A stretch of DNA of 24,000 nt from NCBI RefSeq assembly GCF_010993745.1, contig NZ_WOTN01000001.1, positions 41,235-65,234 on the forward strand, read 5' to 3'. The notes beneath the pieces were generated by a model, which made no database searches, was not told the DNA's origin, and was given only the letters and a program-made list of their open reading frames with translations. The position numbers and the translations under genes were made by a program. Positions 1-10,445 of the stretch are shown piece after piece. The stretch is from Fodinicola acaciae (GTDB lineage Bacteria > Actinomycetota > Actinomycetes > Mycobacteriales > HKI-0501). Numbering within the stretch: position 1 is the first letter of the stretch; each line of letters begins with the position of its first letter.

Positions 1-1
1 G

Positions 2-601
2 AAGGACGCGCCCGGCGACGACGGCGTCAACCGCATCGACCTCGGCGCCATGCAGGTGCCGACGCCGCCGGAGGTCGAGCTCCGGCTGGAGGCCGACCCC
101 AACGGCCAGATCGTCACGGTCGCGCTGTTCCACGGCGTCAGCACCCTCAACCTCGGCGTGTTCGCCGCGCCGCGCAGCGAAGGCATCTGGGACGAGGTGC
201 GCGAGGACCTGCGCAACGGCATCCAGAACGACGGCGGCCGGGTCGAGGAGGTCGACGGCGACTACGGCATCGAGCTGTACGCGCAGGTGCCGACCCCCGA
301 CGGCCTGCAGCCGCTGCGGTTCGTCGGCGTCGACGGTCCGCGCTGGTTCGTCCGCGCGGTGTTCTCCGGCCACGCCGCCATCGATCCGGAGCAGACCGGT
401 CCGCTCGGCGAGGTGCTCGACAACCTGGTGGTCGTACGCGGCAACCAGCCGATGCCGGTGCGCGACCCGTTGCCGCTGCAGCTGCCGGCCGAGGTGGCCG
501 AGCAGGCCGCCGCCGCGCAGCAGGAGGCCGAGGACGACAGCGGCCGGCACCGCCACCTCGACCCGCCGCAGCGCGGTCCGGAGATCACCGAGATCCGCTG
601 A
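2..601 (+). CDS. DUF3710-family protein, 5'-truncated by the window edge
   Basis: The reading frame is open from base 2 (KDAPGDDGVNRIDLGAMQVP...) to TGA at 599-601. The DLGAxxVP, ELRLE and RFVGVDGPRWFVRAV strings match my memory of the actinobacterial DUF3710 family that usually follows dut. GC3 is high. Confidence 0.7.
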   Translation, partial: KDAPGDDGVNRIDLGAMQVPTPPEVELRLEADPNGQIVTVALFHGVSTLNLGVFAAPRSEGIWDEVREDLRNGIQNDGGRVEEVDGDYGIELYAQVPTPDGLQPLRFVGVDGPRWFVRAVFSGHAAIDPEQTGPLGEVLDNLVVVRGNQPMPVRDPLPLQLPAEVAEQAAAAQQEAEDDSGRHRHLDPPQRGPEITEIR

Positions 602-2255
602 CCGGCTCCACGCGCAGGTTGCGCCAGCTCGCGGTGGCGTTGAAGTCGCGTACGCCGACCGCGCCATGCGTGAAGGTGCAGTCCGTCGCGCTGGCGGCGG
701 TGCCGTCGACGGTGATCGTGCAGCCGTCGACGGTCACCGCGAGGTGATACCAGCTGCCGGCCGGCACGCTCGGGATCGGCGTGACCGAGAGCGGTGTCCA
801 GTTGTCGGCCTGCCGGCCGATCACGATCGAGTTCGCGGTCACGCCGACGTAGTAGCCGTCGAGGTTGTCGGTGCCGACGGTCGGATCCGTTGCGCGTACG
901 AGCAAACCTGCGTTGCCGTTGGTGCCGACGCTGTCCAGCCGTACGTCGGCGGACACCCGATAGGAGGTCCAGGCCGTCGATCCGGCGATCGCCTTGTTGC
1001 CGCCGGACCCGCCGGTGGTCTCGCCGTAGACGCCGTTCGCGGCGCTCCAGCTGCCGCCATAGCGGATCCAGCCGGGATCGCCGGCGCCGAAGTCCGCCGC
1101 GTAGGGCAGCACCCCGGCGTTGCTCTGGCCGGTCAGCTCCTGGCAGCCGTACGGTCCGGTGATCCCGGCCGCCGCATAGCGCACCGTCGTGCCGTCGGCC
1201 GACGGCAGCAGATCGGGGCTGTAGTTGGGATTGCAGTTGGACGTGCTGCCATTCCCGATCGGCACGGCGATCGGTGCCGGCATCCACGACCACGAGTCGC
1301 CGGTCGCGCTGCTCAGCACGATCTGGTGGTCTTCCGGCGCGCCGCCGCCGACCAGGGTCTCGCCATAACCGGTGAGCAGCAGCCGGCCGGCCGGGCTCCA
1401 CACGATCACCGGCGAGCCGTAGAGACCGCGTCCGTCGTCGGTGCGTACGGCGGTGCCGAGATCGCCGGCGTTCCAGGTCGCGCCGTCGGCCGAGGTCTTC
1501 ACTCTGACCGCGCAGTTTCCTGGTCCGCAGACCTCGAAACTCATAATGTAGCGGTCGGTCGCCGGCATGTACGCGACCGTGACCATCCCCGGCCGGTCCG
1601 CCTGCGTCGCCGACGCGACATCCTTGACCGGTGCCGCCGTCCAGCTGTCGCCACCGTCGGCCGACACGATGTGGCCGAGAAACTGGCTGTAGGTCGCCGA
1701 CTGCCGTTCGTCGGAGAAGTAAAGCAGCAGCCGGCCGGCGCGGTCGAGCATCGCGAAGGGTTCCCAGATGCCGCGCGGCGACGGTCCGCCAACCTGCGGC
1801 GCACCAACGTACGACCAGGTCGCGCCATGATCGTCACTGCGCCACTCGCGGATGGTCGTCGCCGTGCTGTTTTTGTCCACTGTCAAGCCAAAAAGCAGCA
1901 ACGTACCGGCTGGATGGCCACCAAGCTGCCGTGGCAGCTCGTACAGGAACGGCTGGAAGGAGTAGGTGTCGCCCGGCACCTCGGACAGCGTCGACCAGGT
2001 TGCTCCGTCGTCGTCACTCCGCCTGACAACGTACGACGAGACGCCACCGTTTCCGTCCCAGTGCTCGAAAGTCGCCAGCACCGTCCCGGTCGACAGCCGG
2101 ATCATCCGCGCATACGCCATGCCCTCACTGGCCGACGCCGGCGCGTACAACGGATCGCCTTGTACGTTCGCGACCGCTGCCTGCGCCCCACCGACGACCA
2201 GGAAGGCCGCCGCGGCCGCGATCACTACCCGCCAGAGTGCTAGTTTTGGCCGCAT
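585..2255 (-). CDS. Secreted BNR/Asp-box (sialidase-fold) glycosidase-like protein with a C-terminal concanavalin/LamG-like (DUF1080-type) jelly-roll domain
   Basis: 556-aa ORF. ATG at 2255 is preceded by GGAAGGG. Sec-type signal peptide (MRPKLALWRVVIAAAAAFLVVGGAQA). Four Asp-box motifs: SDDDGATW, SDDHGATW, SADGGDSW, SADGATW. The last ~170 aa (GGSWSAANGVY...NAGLLVRA...YYVGV...WYHLAVTVDG...WRNLRV) look like a lectin-type beta-sandwich. Confidence 0.75.
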   Translation of the reverse strand: MRPKLALWRVVIAAAAAFLVVGGAQAAVANVQGDPLYAPASASEGMAYARMIRLSTGTVLATFEHWDGNGGVSSYVVRRSDDDGATWSTLSEVPGDTYSFQPFLYELPRQLGGHPAGTLLLFGLTVDKNSTATTIREWRSDDHGATWSYVGAPQVGGPSPRGIWEPFAMLDRAGRLLLYFSDERQSATYSQFLGHIVSADGGDSWTAAPVKDVASATQADRPGMVTVAYMPATDRYIMSFEVCGPGNCAVRVKTSADGATWNAGDLGTAVRTDDGRGLYGSPVIVWSPAGRLLLTGYGETLVGGGAPEDHQIVLSSATGDSWSWMPAPIAVPIGNGSTSNCNPNYSPDLLPSADGTTVRYAAAGITGPYGCQELTGQSNAGVLPYAADFGAGDPGWIRYGGSWSAANGVYGETTGGSGGNKAIAGSTAWTSYRVSADVRLDSVGTNGNAGLLVRATDPTVGTDNLDGYYVGVTANSIVIGRQADNWTPLSVTPIPSVPAGSWYHLAVTVDGCTITVDGTAASATDCTFTHGAVGVRDFNATASWRNLRVEPVSGSR

Positions 2256-2408
2256 GACTACCCTTCCGGGGGATTTGGTCCGTTGAGAGCGTGGCCGGCG
2301 TTGGGTCCGTGGTCAAGAGCCGAAGCTGGCCGAGCGGCGATTTCGCGTGGCCGGCTTGTGCCGGCGGGGTGTGCCAGCGAGGTCGGGAGGAGGCGGGGAG
2401 AGGCTGCT

Positions 2409-3113
2409 GGGTTTTCCTGGTTGTTGCGTTGGGTGGGTGGTGGCGCCTGCGCGGCGGGCGCTCCTGCGCGGAGGGCGACCTCAAGGGGAGGGGTGCGCGG
2501 GGTTTGTTTGTGGTTGGGTTGGGTGCCGCGCGTGCGGTTTGGTCTGTGGTGTGGACCAGCAGTGTAGCTGGGGCGCCGGCGGTGCCGTGGCGTCCCGCCC
2601 TGTGGCGAGAAGGTCCACTATGTGGGACGCGAAGGTATGTGGAGCGCTAAATGTCCGGCTTGTGAGGGTCGCGGATGGCATGAATGTCGAGTTACTTGCG
2701 TTGGACGCAAGAAACAAGGCTCTCACGCCGCAGTGATCACTGGAGGCTGTGACGGGTGTGACTACTGAGGCTGACAATGCTGCTGTGATCGCCTGGCTGT
2801 AACAGACGTCCGTTTTGATGTTTTGTTAAACAAGTATTACGCAGTCAGCCGCCCCAGCAGGATCGTTTGGCGTCCAGACCGACGGGTTGCTTCCCATACG
2901 TGACCGAGCAAGCCTAGAGGACCCAGCCTCGCCCGCAAACCGCCGCCCGCACCCCTATGCACACCGATTGGCGGCCACGCGCCCCCTCCCTTGAGGTCGC
3001 CCTCCGCGCAGGAGCGCCCGCCGCGCAGGCGAAAACCAACCACCCACCCAACGCAACAAACAAGAGACGCGACCACCTTCCCAACGCAACAATCAGAAGT
3101 CGCAACCACACCC
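2409..3113. repeat. Copy 1 of a non-coding composite repeat with inverted arms, a lower-GC core and outer subrepeats
   Basis: The arms are L 2417-2500 and R 2975-3063, including a perfect 44-bp inverted match (2444-2487 vs 2988-3031). The core at about 2560-2900 is clearly homologous to 16527-16900. It contains an ungapped 164-nt block (2619-2782 vs 16582-16745) with 11 mismatches, and a 55-nt identical run (2978-3032 vs 16980-17034). No ORF has host-like codon bias. Confidence 0.85.
3048..3113. repeat. Two 33-bp tandem subrepeats (CCAACGCAACAAnCAGAA core) at the right edge of copy 1
   Basis: Units at 3048-3080 and 3081-3113 both start CCAACGCAACA. An inverted copy of the unit (TTGTTGCGTTGGG, 2421-2433) lies in the left arm. 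Confidence 0.7.
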
Positions 3114-3121
3114 CCTTCACC

Positions 3122-3733
3122 TCACCGCTGCAACCTATCCAACGCCACATTCACCCCCAACACATTCACCCCAGGATCCCCAACAAACCCCAACCCCCGA
3201 CCATACGAATTGTCGGCCACGACCTTCTCCACCTGAGCCACCGACAGTCCCCGCGCCTTGGCAACCCGATTGACCTGAATAGCCGCATACGCAGGACTGA
3301 TGTCGGGATCCAGTCCAGAACCACTGGCCGTCACCGCATCCGCCGGCACCAACGACTCCGGTACGCCGTTGAACTGCGCGACCTGCGTCCGCCGTTGCTT
3401 GATCGCCTTGACCAGGTCAGGGTTTGACGGGCCGAGGTTGGACGCGCCAGAGGACGTGGGGTCATAGCCGGTCTTGCCGGCGGCCGACGGTCGTGGCTGG
3501 AAATAGCGTGGCAGCGGGTTTCCCTTGTCGTCGGTGAAATTCTGGCCGATCAGCGCAGAGCCGACGACCTTGCCGTTGACCTCGACGCGGGAGCCGTTGG
3601 CGGCGCTGGGGAAGACGACCTGCGAAATGCCGGTCACCAACAGCGGATACGCCAGGCCGAGGATCACCGTGAAGACCAACAGTGCACGCAGAGCCGCGAC
3701 GTGCATGCGGATCCAGTTTGGCAGTGTACGCAT
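3122..3733 (-). CDS. kdpC: Potassium-transporting ATPase subunit KdpC
   Basis: 203 aa. N-terminal TM helix followed by the typical KdpC strings (LIGQNF, YFQPRPSA, ASGSGLDPDISP). It lies 7 nt downstream of the kdpB stop. Confidence 0.93.
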   Translation of the reverse strand: MRTLPNWIRMHVAALRALLVFTVILGLAYPLLVTGISQVVFPSAANGSRVEVNGKVVGSALIGQNFTDDKGNPLPRYFQPRPSAAGKTGYDPTSSGASNLGPSNPDLVKAIKQRRTQVAQFNGVPESLVPADAVTASGSGLDPDISPAYAAIQVNRVAKARGLSVAQVEKVVADNSYGRGLGFVGDPGVNVLGVNVALDRLQR

Positions 3734-3740
3734 GAGAAAA

Positions 3741-5858
<2,118 letters not shown>

Positions 5859-5869
5859 TCTCTCTCCTC

Positions 5870-7516
5870 TTACAGACCTTCGGCCAGCGGGCCGAGAGCC
5901 AGCGCCGGGAAGTACGTGAGGCCGACGACGATCAGGATCACGCCGACCAGCATCCCCACGAAGATGCCTTTGTGGGTCGCCAGCGTGCCGGCGGTCTCCG
6001 GCACGGCACCTTGTTGCGCCAGTGATCCGGCCAGCGCCAGCACGAAAACCATCGGCACGAACCGGCCGAGCACCATGCACAGCCCCAAAGCGGTGTTGTA
6101 GAACGGCGTGTTCACCGAGAGGCCGGCGAAAGCCGAGCCGTTGTTGTTGGACGCCGACGTGAACGCGTACAACACCTCGGAAAGTCCGTGCGCGCCGGGA
6201 TTCAGGATGCCGCTGGTTCCCCACGGAATGGCGATCGCCAGGCCGGTGCCGATCAACACCAGCGCCGGCGTGGTCAGGATGTAGAGCGAGGCCAGCTTGA
6301 TCTCGCGCGCACCGATCTTCTTCCGCAGATATTCCGGCGTACGGCCGACCATCAGACCCGCGACGAAAACCGTGACGATGGCCAGGACCAGCATGCCGTA
6401 CAGTCCGGATCCGGTGCCGCCAGGAGCGATCTCACCAAGCATCATGTTGAAAATCGCGATGCCGCCCCCGAGTGCCGTGTACGAGTCGTGGAAGGAGTTG
6501 ACCGCACCGGTCGAGGTCAGGGTGGTGGAGCTGGCGAACAGCGCGGATAGCGGTACGCCGAAACGCACTTCCTTGCCTTCCATGGCCGCACCGGCCAGCT
6601 GTGGCGCGAGCCCCGGATGCGCGGTCTCGACCCAGGTGAGCAGGCCGACCGAAGCGGCCCACAACGTCCCCATCACCGAGGCGATGGCAAAACCCTGCCG
6701 GTTGTCGCCGACCATTTTGCCAAACGTACGAGGCAACGCGAACGGGATCAGCAGGATGAGGAAGATCTCGAAAAGACTCGTCCAGGCACGCGGATCCTCG
6801 TACGGATGCGCCGAGTTGGCGTTGTAGAAACCGCCGCCGTTGGTGCCGAGCTCCTTGATGGCCTCCTGCGAGGCGACCGGACCACCGGTCAGATGCTGTG
6901 TGGCACCGGCGATCGTGTGCGCGTCCGTGCCGGACGACAGGTTCTGTACGGCGCCGCCGGCGACGAGCACGAGCGCGCCGACGAACGCGATCGGCAGCAA
7001 CACGCGCAGGCTCGCGCGCGTCAGGTCGACCCAGAAGTTGCCGAGCCGATTTGTCTTGGACCGCGCGAAACCGCGTACGAGTGCGACCGCGACCGCGATG
7101 CCGACGGCCGCCGACACGAAGTTCTGTACGGCAAGGCCGGCCATCTGCACGAGATGACCCATCGTCGACTCACCGGAATAGGACTGCCAGTTGGTGTTGG
7201 TGACGAAGCTGATCGCGGTGTTCCACGCCTGGTCCGGCGCCACCGGTCCGAATCCGAGCGACAGCCACAGCTTGTCCTGCAGCCGCTGGAAAAGATAGAG
7301 GAACAGCACCGAAACGGCGGAGAAGGCCAGCACACTGCGCAGATAGACCGGCCAGGTCATGTCCGCGTCGGCGTCGATGCCCATCACCCTGTAGAGCACG
7401 CGCTCCACACGATTGTGTTTGGCCGCGGTGAAAAGCCACGCCATGTAGTCGCCGAGCGGCTTGTAGAACGCGGCGACCGCCACCACCAGCACGATGACCT
7501 GCAGCCAGCCGGCCAT
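5870..7516 (-). CDS. kdpA: Potassium-transporting ATPase subunit KdpA
   Basis: 548-aa polytopic membrane protein with a typical KdpA N-terminus ([26 protein letters not shown]) and the [10 protein letters not shown] selectivity-region string. Its ATG overlaps the kdpF TGA (ATGA). Confidence 0.95.
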   Translation of the reverse strand: MAGWLQVIVLVVAVAAFYKPLGDYMAWLFTAAKHNRVERVLYRVMGIDADADMTWPVYLRSVLAFSAVSVLFLYLFQRLQDKLWLSLGFGPVAPDQAWNTAISFVTNTNWQSYSGESTMGHLVQMAGLAVQNFVSAAVGIAVAVALVRGFARSKTNRLGNFWVDLTRASLRVLLPIAFVGALVLVAGGAVQNLSSGTDAHTIAGATQHLTGGPVASQEAIKELGTNGGGFYNANSAHPYEDPRAWTSLFEIFLILLIPFALPRTFGKMVGDNRQGFAIASVMGTLWAASVGLLTWVETAHPGLAPQLAGAAMEGKEVRFGVPLSALFASSTTLTSTGAVNSFHDSYTALGGGIAIFNMMLGEIAPGGTGSGLYGMLVLAIVTVFVAGLMVGRTPEYLRKKIGAREIKLASLYILTTPALVLIGTGLAIAIPWGTSGILNPGAHGLSEVLYAFTSASNNNGSAFAGLSVNTPFYNTALGLCMVLGRFVPMVFVLALAGSLAQQGAVPETAGTLATHKGIFVGMLVGVILIVVGLTYFPALALGPLAEGL

Positions 7517-7614
7517 CAGAACTTCTCCGGAAACAGCAGCGCCACGATCAGATAACCGGTCAGCACGACGGCGACCGCCAGGCCGACGAGGTTGGCCACG
7601 AGTTGTACGGTCAC
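7516..7614 (-). CDS. kdpF: Potassium-transporting ATPase subunit KdpF (32 aa)
   Basis: GTG at 7614 gives [32 protein letters not shown], a single TM helix with the KdpF-like ending LLxPExF. There is an ATGA overlap with kdpA. Confidence 0.8.
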   Translation of the reverse strand: MTVQLVANLVGLAVAVVLTGYLIVALLFPEKF

Positions 7615-7694
7615 AGCCGCTCGACTCCTCTCGCCACCAGGGCGATCAGGGCGAACACCGCGACGGTGAGCACCACGAAGATCAGGTCGCTCAT
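7611..7694 (-). CDS. 27-aa hydrophobic micro-ORF translationally coupled to kdpF
   Basis: ATG at 7694 gives [27 protein letters not shown]. About 24 of 26 codons end in G/C, as in real genes here. AAGGGGG lies about 10 nt upstream. Its TGA overlaps the kdpF GTG (GTGA). Not reported in the ORF track as a separate ORF. Confidence 0.45.
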   Translation of the reverse strand: MSDLIFVVLTVAVFALIALVARGVERL

Positions 7695-7873
7695 CAGCGA
7701 CCGACCCCCTTTCCAGAAGAAATTCCGACAGTGCCGACGTTAGAAAGCACCGGCGGGCGCGTACGGCTCGTTGACGGCTCCCATACGCCGCTCCAGACCG
7801 CGTTAACGTGTTCTTGACGGGGGCTGTGACGGGCCTCGCTAGCGGAGCCGGCCGGGCGCGGCACACTGATGGC

Positions 7874-10393
7874 ATGGCGCGCGGTCAGTTGCGGATCTAC
7901 CTCGGTGCGGCACCCGGGGTCGGCAAGACGTACGCGATGTTGGGGGAGGCCAGGCGGCGTCTGGACCGCGGCACCGACGTCGTGGTCGGCTTCGTGGAGA
8001 CGCACGGCCGCCAGCTCACCGCCGAGCGGTTGACCGGCCTGGAAACCGTCCGGCGCCGGACAGTCCACTACAAGGGCGCGTCATTCGAGGAGATGGACGT
8101 TGACGCGATCTTGACGCGGCGACCGGCGGTCGCGATCGTCGACGAGCTGGCGCATACGAACGTGCCAGGCATGCGCAACGAAAAGCGCTGGCAGGACGTC
8201 GAGGAGCTGCTGGACGCCGGAATAGAGGTGCTGACGACCGTCAACGTCCAACATCTGGAAAGCCTGAACGACGTCGTCGAGCAGATAACCGGTGTGCCGC
8301 AGCGCGAAACCGTGCCGGACGAGGTCGTACGCAAGGCAGACCAGATCGAGCTGGTCGACATGGCGCCGGAGGCGCTGCGGAAACGAATGGCGCACGGCAA
8401 CATCTATCCGGCCGAGCGGGTCGACGCGGCGCTGTCCAACTATTTCCGCGTCGGCAACCTGACCGCGTTACGCGAGCTCGCGTTGTTGTGGGTCGCCGAC
8501 CGCGTCGACGAGGTGCTCAACCGCTACAAGGCCGAGCACGACATCCGGCGTGTGTGGGAAGCGCGTGAGCGAGTCGTGGTGGCGCTGACCGGCGGCCCGG
8601 AGGGGGAGACGCTGATACGCCGTGCGGCCCGGATCGCCGCGCGATCGGCCGGTGGCGAGGTGCTGGCCGTACACGTGCTGCGCAGCGACGGCCTGACCGG
8701 CGCGTCGCCGGCCAAGCTGCGACGGCAGCGCGAACTCGTCGAAAGTGTCGGTGGCAGCTTCCACACTGTGGTGGGGGATGACGTTCCAGCGGCCCTGCTG
8801 GACTTCGCGAGGGGGGTGAACGCGACGCAGCTGGTCCTGGGTACGAGCCGGCGCTCGCGGCTCGCGCGTGCCTTCGCCGAAGGCATCGGCGCGACCGTCA
8901 CCGCCGCCTCCGGCGACATCGACGTACACATGGTGACGCACGCCGAGTCCGGCGGCTGGCGGCGCCGGCTGCCCCGGCTGACCGGTGGCCTCAACTGGCG
9001 TCGCCGGGTCGCCGCGCTGGTGGTGGCCGCCGTCGGCCTGCCGTTGCTCACCGAGCTGTTGCTGGCCTTCGGCGACGAGGTGACCAGCGCCAGCGTGCTG
9101 CTGTTGTTCCTGATCCTGGTCGTCGGTGTGGCGCTGATCGGTGGCCTCTATCCGGCGCTGATCGCCGCGGTCGCCGGTGGCCTGATCGTCAACTGGTTCT
9201 TCGTACCGCCGGTCGGCACGTTCACCATCGCCGAGCGCAACAACGTGGTCGCACTGTTGGTGTACGTGCTGGTGGCGGTCGCGGTGGCGACCGTCGTGGA
9301 CCGGTCGGCGCGGCGAGCGACCCAGGCCGCTCGCGGCCGCGCCGAGACCGCGATGCTCGCCTCGCTGTCGCGCAGCGTGCTGGCCGGCAACCGTGGCGTA
9401 CCAAGCCTGCTGGAGCAGATCAGGGAAGCGTTCGCGCTGACCTCGGTGACGATGCTGGAGCGCGACGGCGAGCGGTGGGCGGTCGCCGGGTTCGCCGGGC
9501 CCAACCCGTGCGAGAAAGGTGGTCAGGCCGACGAGGACATCCCGGTCACCGACGACCTGCGGCTGCTGCTGTGCGGCCGGGCACTGGCCGCCGCCGACCG
9601 GCGCGTACTCGTCTCCTTCGCCGAGCAGGCGGCGGTGGCGCTGCAGCGCGCGAGGCTGCTCCGGCAGGCGGCCGAGGCGGAGAAACTGGCCGAGGCCAAC
9701 AGGATGCGCACGGCGCTGCTGGCGGCGGTCAGCCATGACCTGCGTACGCCGCTGGCCTCCATCAAGGCGGCCATCGCCGGCCTGCGCGCCGAGGACATCG
9801 AGCTGGACGAGACCGACCGCAAGGAGCTGCTGGCCGCCGTCGACGAGTCGGCCGACCAGCTGACCTCGCTGGTGGCCAACCTGCTCGACATGAGCCGGCT
9901 GCACACCGGCACGGTGGCGCCGACCAGCCAGCCGGTCGGCTACGACGAGGTGGTCGCGCGAGCGCTTCGCGGTCTGGAGAAGGCCGAGCTGGCGCGGATC
10001 GAGGTGGACGTGCCGGACACCCTGCCGTCCGTACGAGCCGACCCCGGTTTGCTCGAGCGCGTGGTGGCCAACGTGGTGTCCAACGCCGTACGACATGCGC
10101 CGACCGGTCCGGTGAAGGTGTCGGCCAGCGTCCACCTCGACCAGATCGAGCTGCGCGTCATCGACCGCGGTCCCGGCATCCGGCCGGACGACCGGGAGAA
10201 GGTTTTCGCGCCGTTCCAGCGGCTCGGCGACCGCGACACCGGCACCGGTGTGGGGCTCGGTCTCGCGGTGGCGCGCGGTTTCACCGAGGCGATGGGTGGC
10301 ACGCTCACTCCGGAGGACACTCCCGGTGGCGGCGTGACGATGGTCATCGCTCTTCCGGCGGATTCGACAACCGCACCGGCCGTCGTACCCTGA
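7874..10393 (+). CDS. kdpD: Sensor histidine kinase KdpD
   Basis: Start chosen at ATG 7874 (MARGQLRIYLGAAPGVGKTYAML, the canonical KdpD N-terminus with P-loop). It has a Usp-like region, 4 TM helices, H-box AAVSHDLRTPL, and HATPase boxes (VVSNAVRHAP, DRGPGI, GTGVGLGLAVARG). Confidence 0.93.
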   Translation: MARGQLRIYLGAAPGVGKTYAMLGEARRRLDRGTDVVVGFVETHGRQLTAERLTGLETVRRRTVHYKGASFEEMDVDAILTRRPAVAIVDELAHTNVPGMRNEKRWQDVEELLDAGIEVLTTVNVQHLESLNDVVEQITGVPQRETVPDEVVRKADQIELVDMAPEALRKRMAHGNIYPAERVDAALSNYFRVGNLTALRELALLWVADRVDEVLNRYKAEHDIRRVWEARERVVVALTGGPEGETLIRRAARIAARSAGGEVLAVHVLRSDGLTGASPAKLRRQRELVESVGGSFHTVVGDDVPAALLDFARGVNATQLVLGTSRRSRLARAFAEGIGATVTAASGDIDVHMVTHAESGGWRRRLPRLTGGLNWRRRVAALVVAAVGLPLLTELLLAFGDEVTSASVLLLFLILVVGVALIGGLYPALIAAVAGGLIVNWFFVPPVGTFTIAERNNVVALLVYVLVAVAVATVVDRSARRATQAARGRAETAMLASLSRSVLAGNRGVPSLLEQIREAFALTSVTMLERDGERWAVAGFAGPNPCEKGGQADEDIPVTDDLRLLLCGRALAAADRRVLVSFAEQAAVALQRARLLRQAAEAEKLAEANRMRTALLAAVSHDLRTPLASIKAAIAGLRAEDIELDETDRKELLAAVDESADQLTSLVANLLDMSRLHTGTVAPTSQPVGYDEVVARALRGLEKAELARIEVDVPDTLPSVRADPGLLERVVANVVSNAVRHAPTGPVKVSASVHLDQIELRVIDRGPGIRPDDREKVFAPFQRLGDRDTGTGVGLGLAVARGFTEAMGGTLTPEDTPGGGVTMVIALPADSTTAPAVVP

Positions 10394-10445
10394 TGGCATC
10401 AGCCGGTGTGCGTGGCACTGGCGTCAGCAGGGGACGGGATTCGCT

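Noticed and set aside
2326-2337. tRNA-like D-loop string CTGGCCGAGCGG upstream of copy 1 (a possible tRNA gene or integration-site remnant).
   Set aside because: There is no T-arm (GTTCRANYC), acceptor-stem pairing or anticodon stem in the surrounding sequence.
2619-2736. Small ORF in the conserved core (MWDAKVCGALNVRLVRVADGMNVELLALDARNKALTPQ), and the opposite-strand ORF (..SASVVTPVTAS..FLASNA.NSTFMPSATL..).
   Set aside because: The stop codon is not conserved between copies (TGA vs CGA). Most substitutions are non-synonymous in either frame. Rare codons for this genome (TTA, CTA, AAT, AGA) are frequent, and third-position GC is about 60% against over 90% in real genes.
2409-3113. Retron msr/msd or DGR template/variable-repeat interpretation of the inverted-arm element.
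   Set aside because: There is no reverse transcriptase or any accessory ORF nearby. The two copies are not a TR/VR pair inside a target gene.
2991-3236. Repeated peptide-like ORFs within the composite repeats (MRSPSAQERPPRRR... at 2125-2484 minus, 2991-3236 plus, 16903-17256 plus; also 2283-2650 and 16335-16638).
   Set aside because: The shared peptide is simply the inverted-repeat arm read in one frame on both strands. The ORFs are low-complexity, differ outside the arm, and overlap real gene ends.
5859-6224. N-terminal extensions of tracked ORFs: kdpB to 6224, kdpD from 7808, the trkA paralogue to 12973, ROK to 18700, DUF3159 from 10685, DUF457 to 22842, ATPase from 19880.
   Set aside because: The extensions overlap upstream genes or lack family-like sequence. 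Internal starts with SD motifs and canonical family N-termini fit better.
7695-7873. Riboswitch (c-di-AMP/ydaO-type) or recognisable KdpE box in the kdp-kdpD divergent region.
   Set aside because: The leader is under 180 nt, with no extended conserved-looking helices. I saw only weak TTTCT repeats at non-helical spacing and an 8-bp CGTTAACG palindrome (7801-7808). This is too weak to call.
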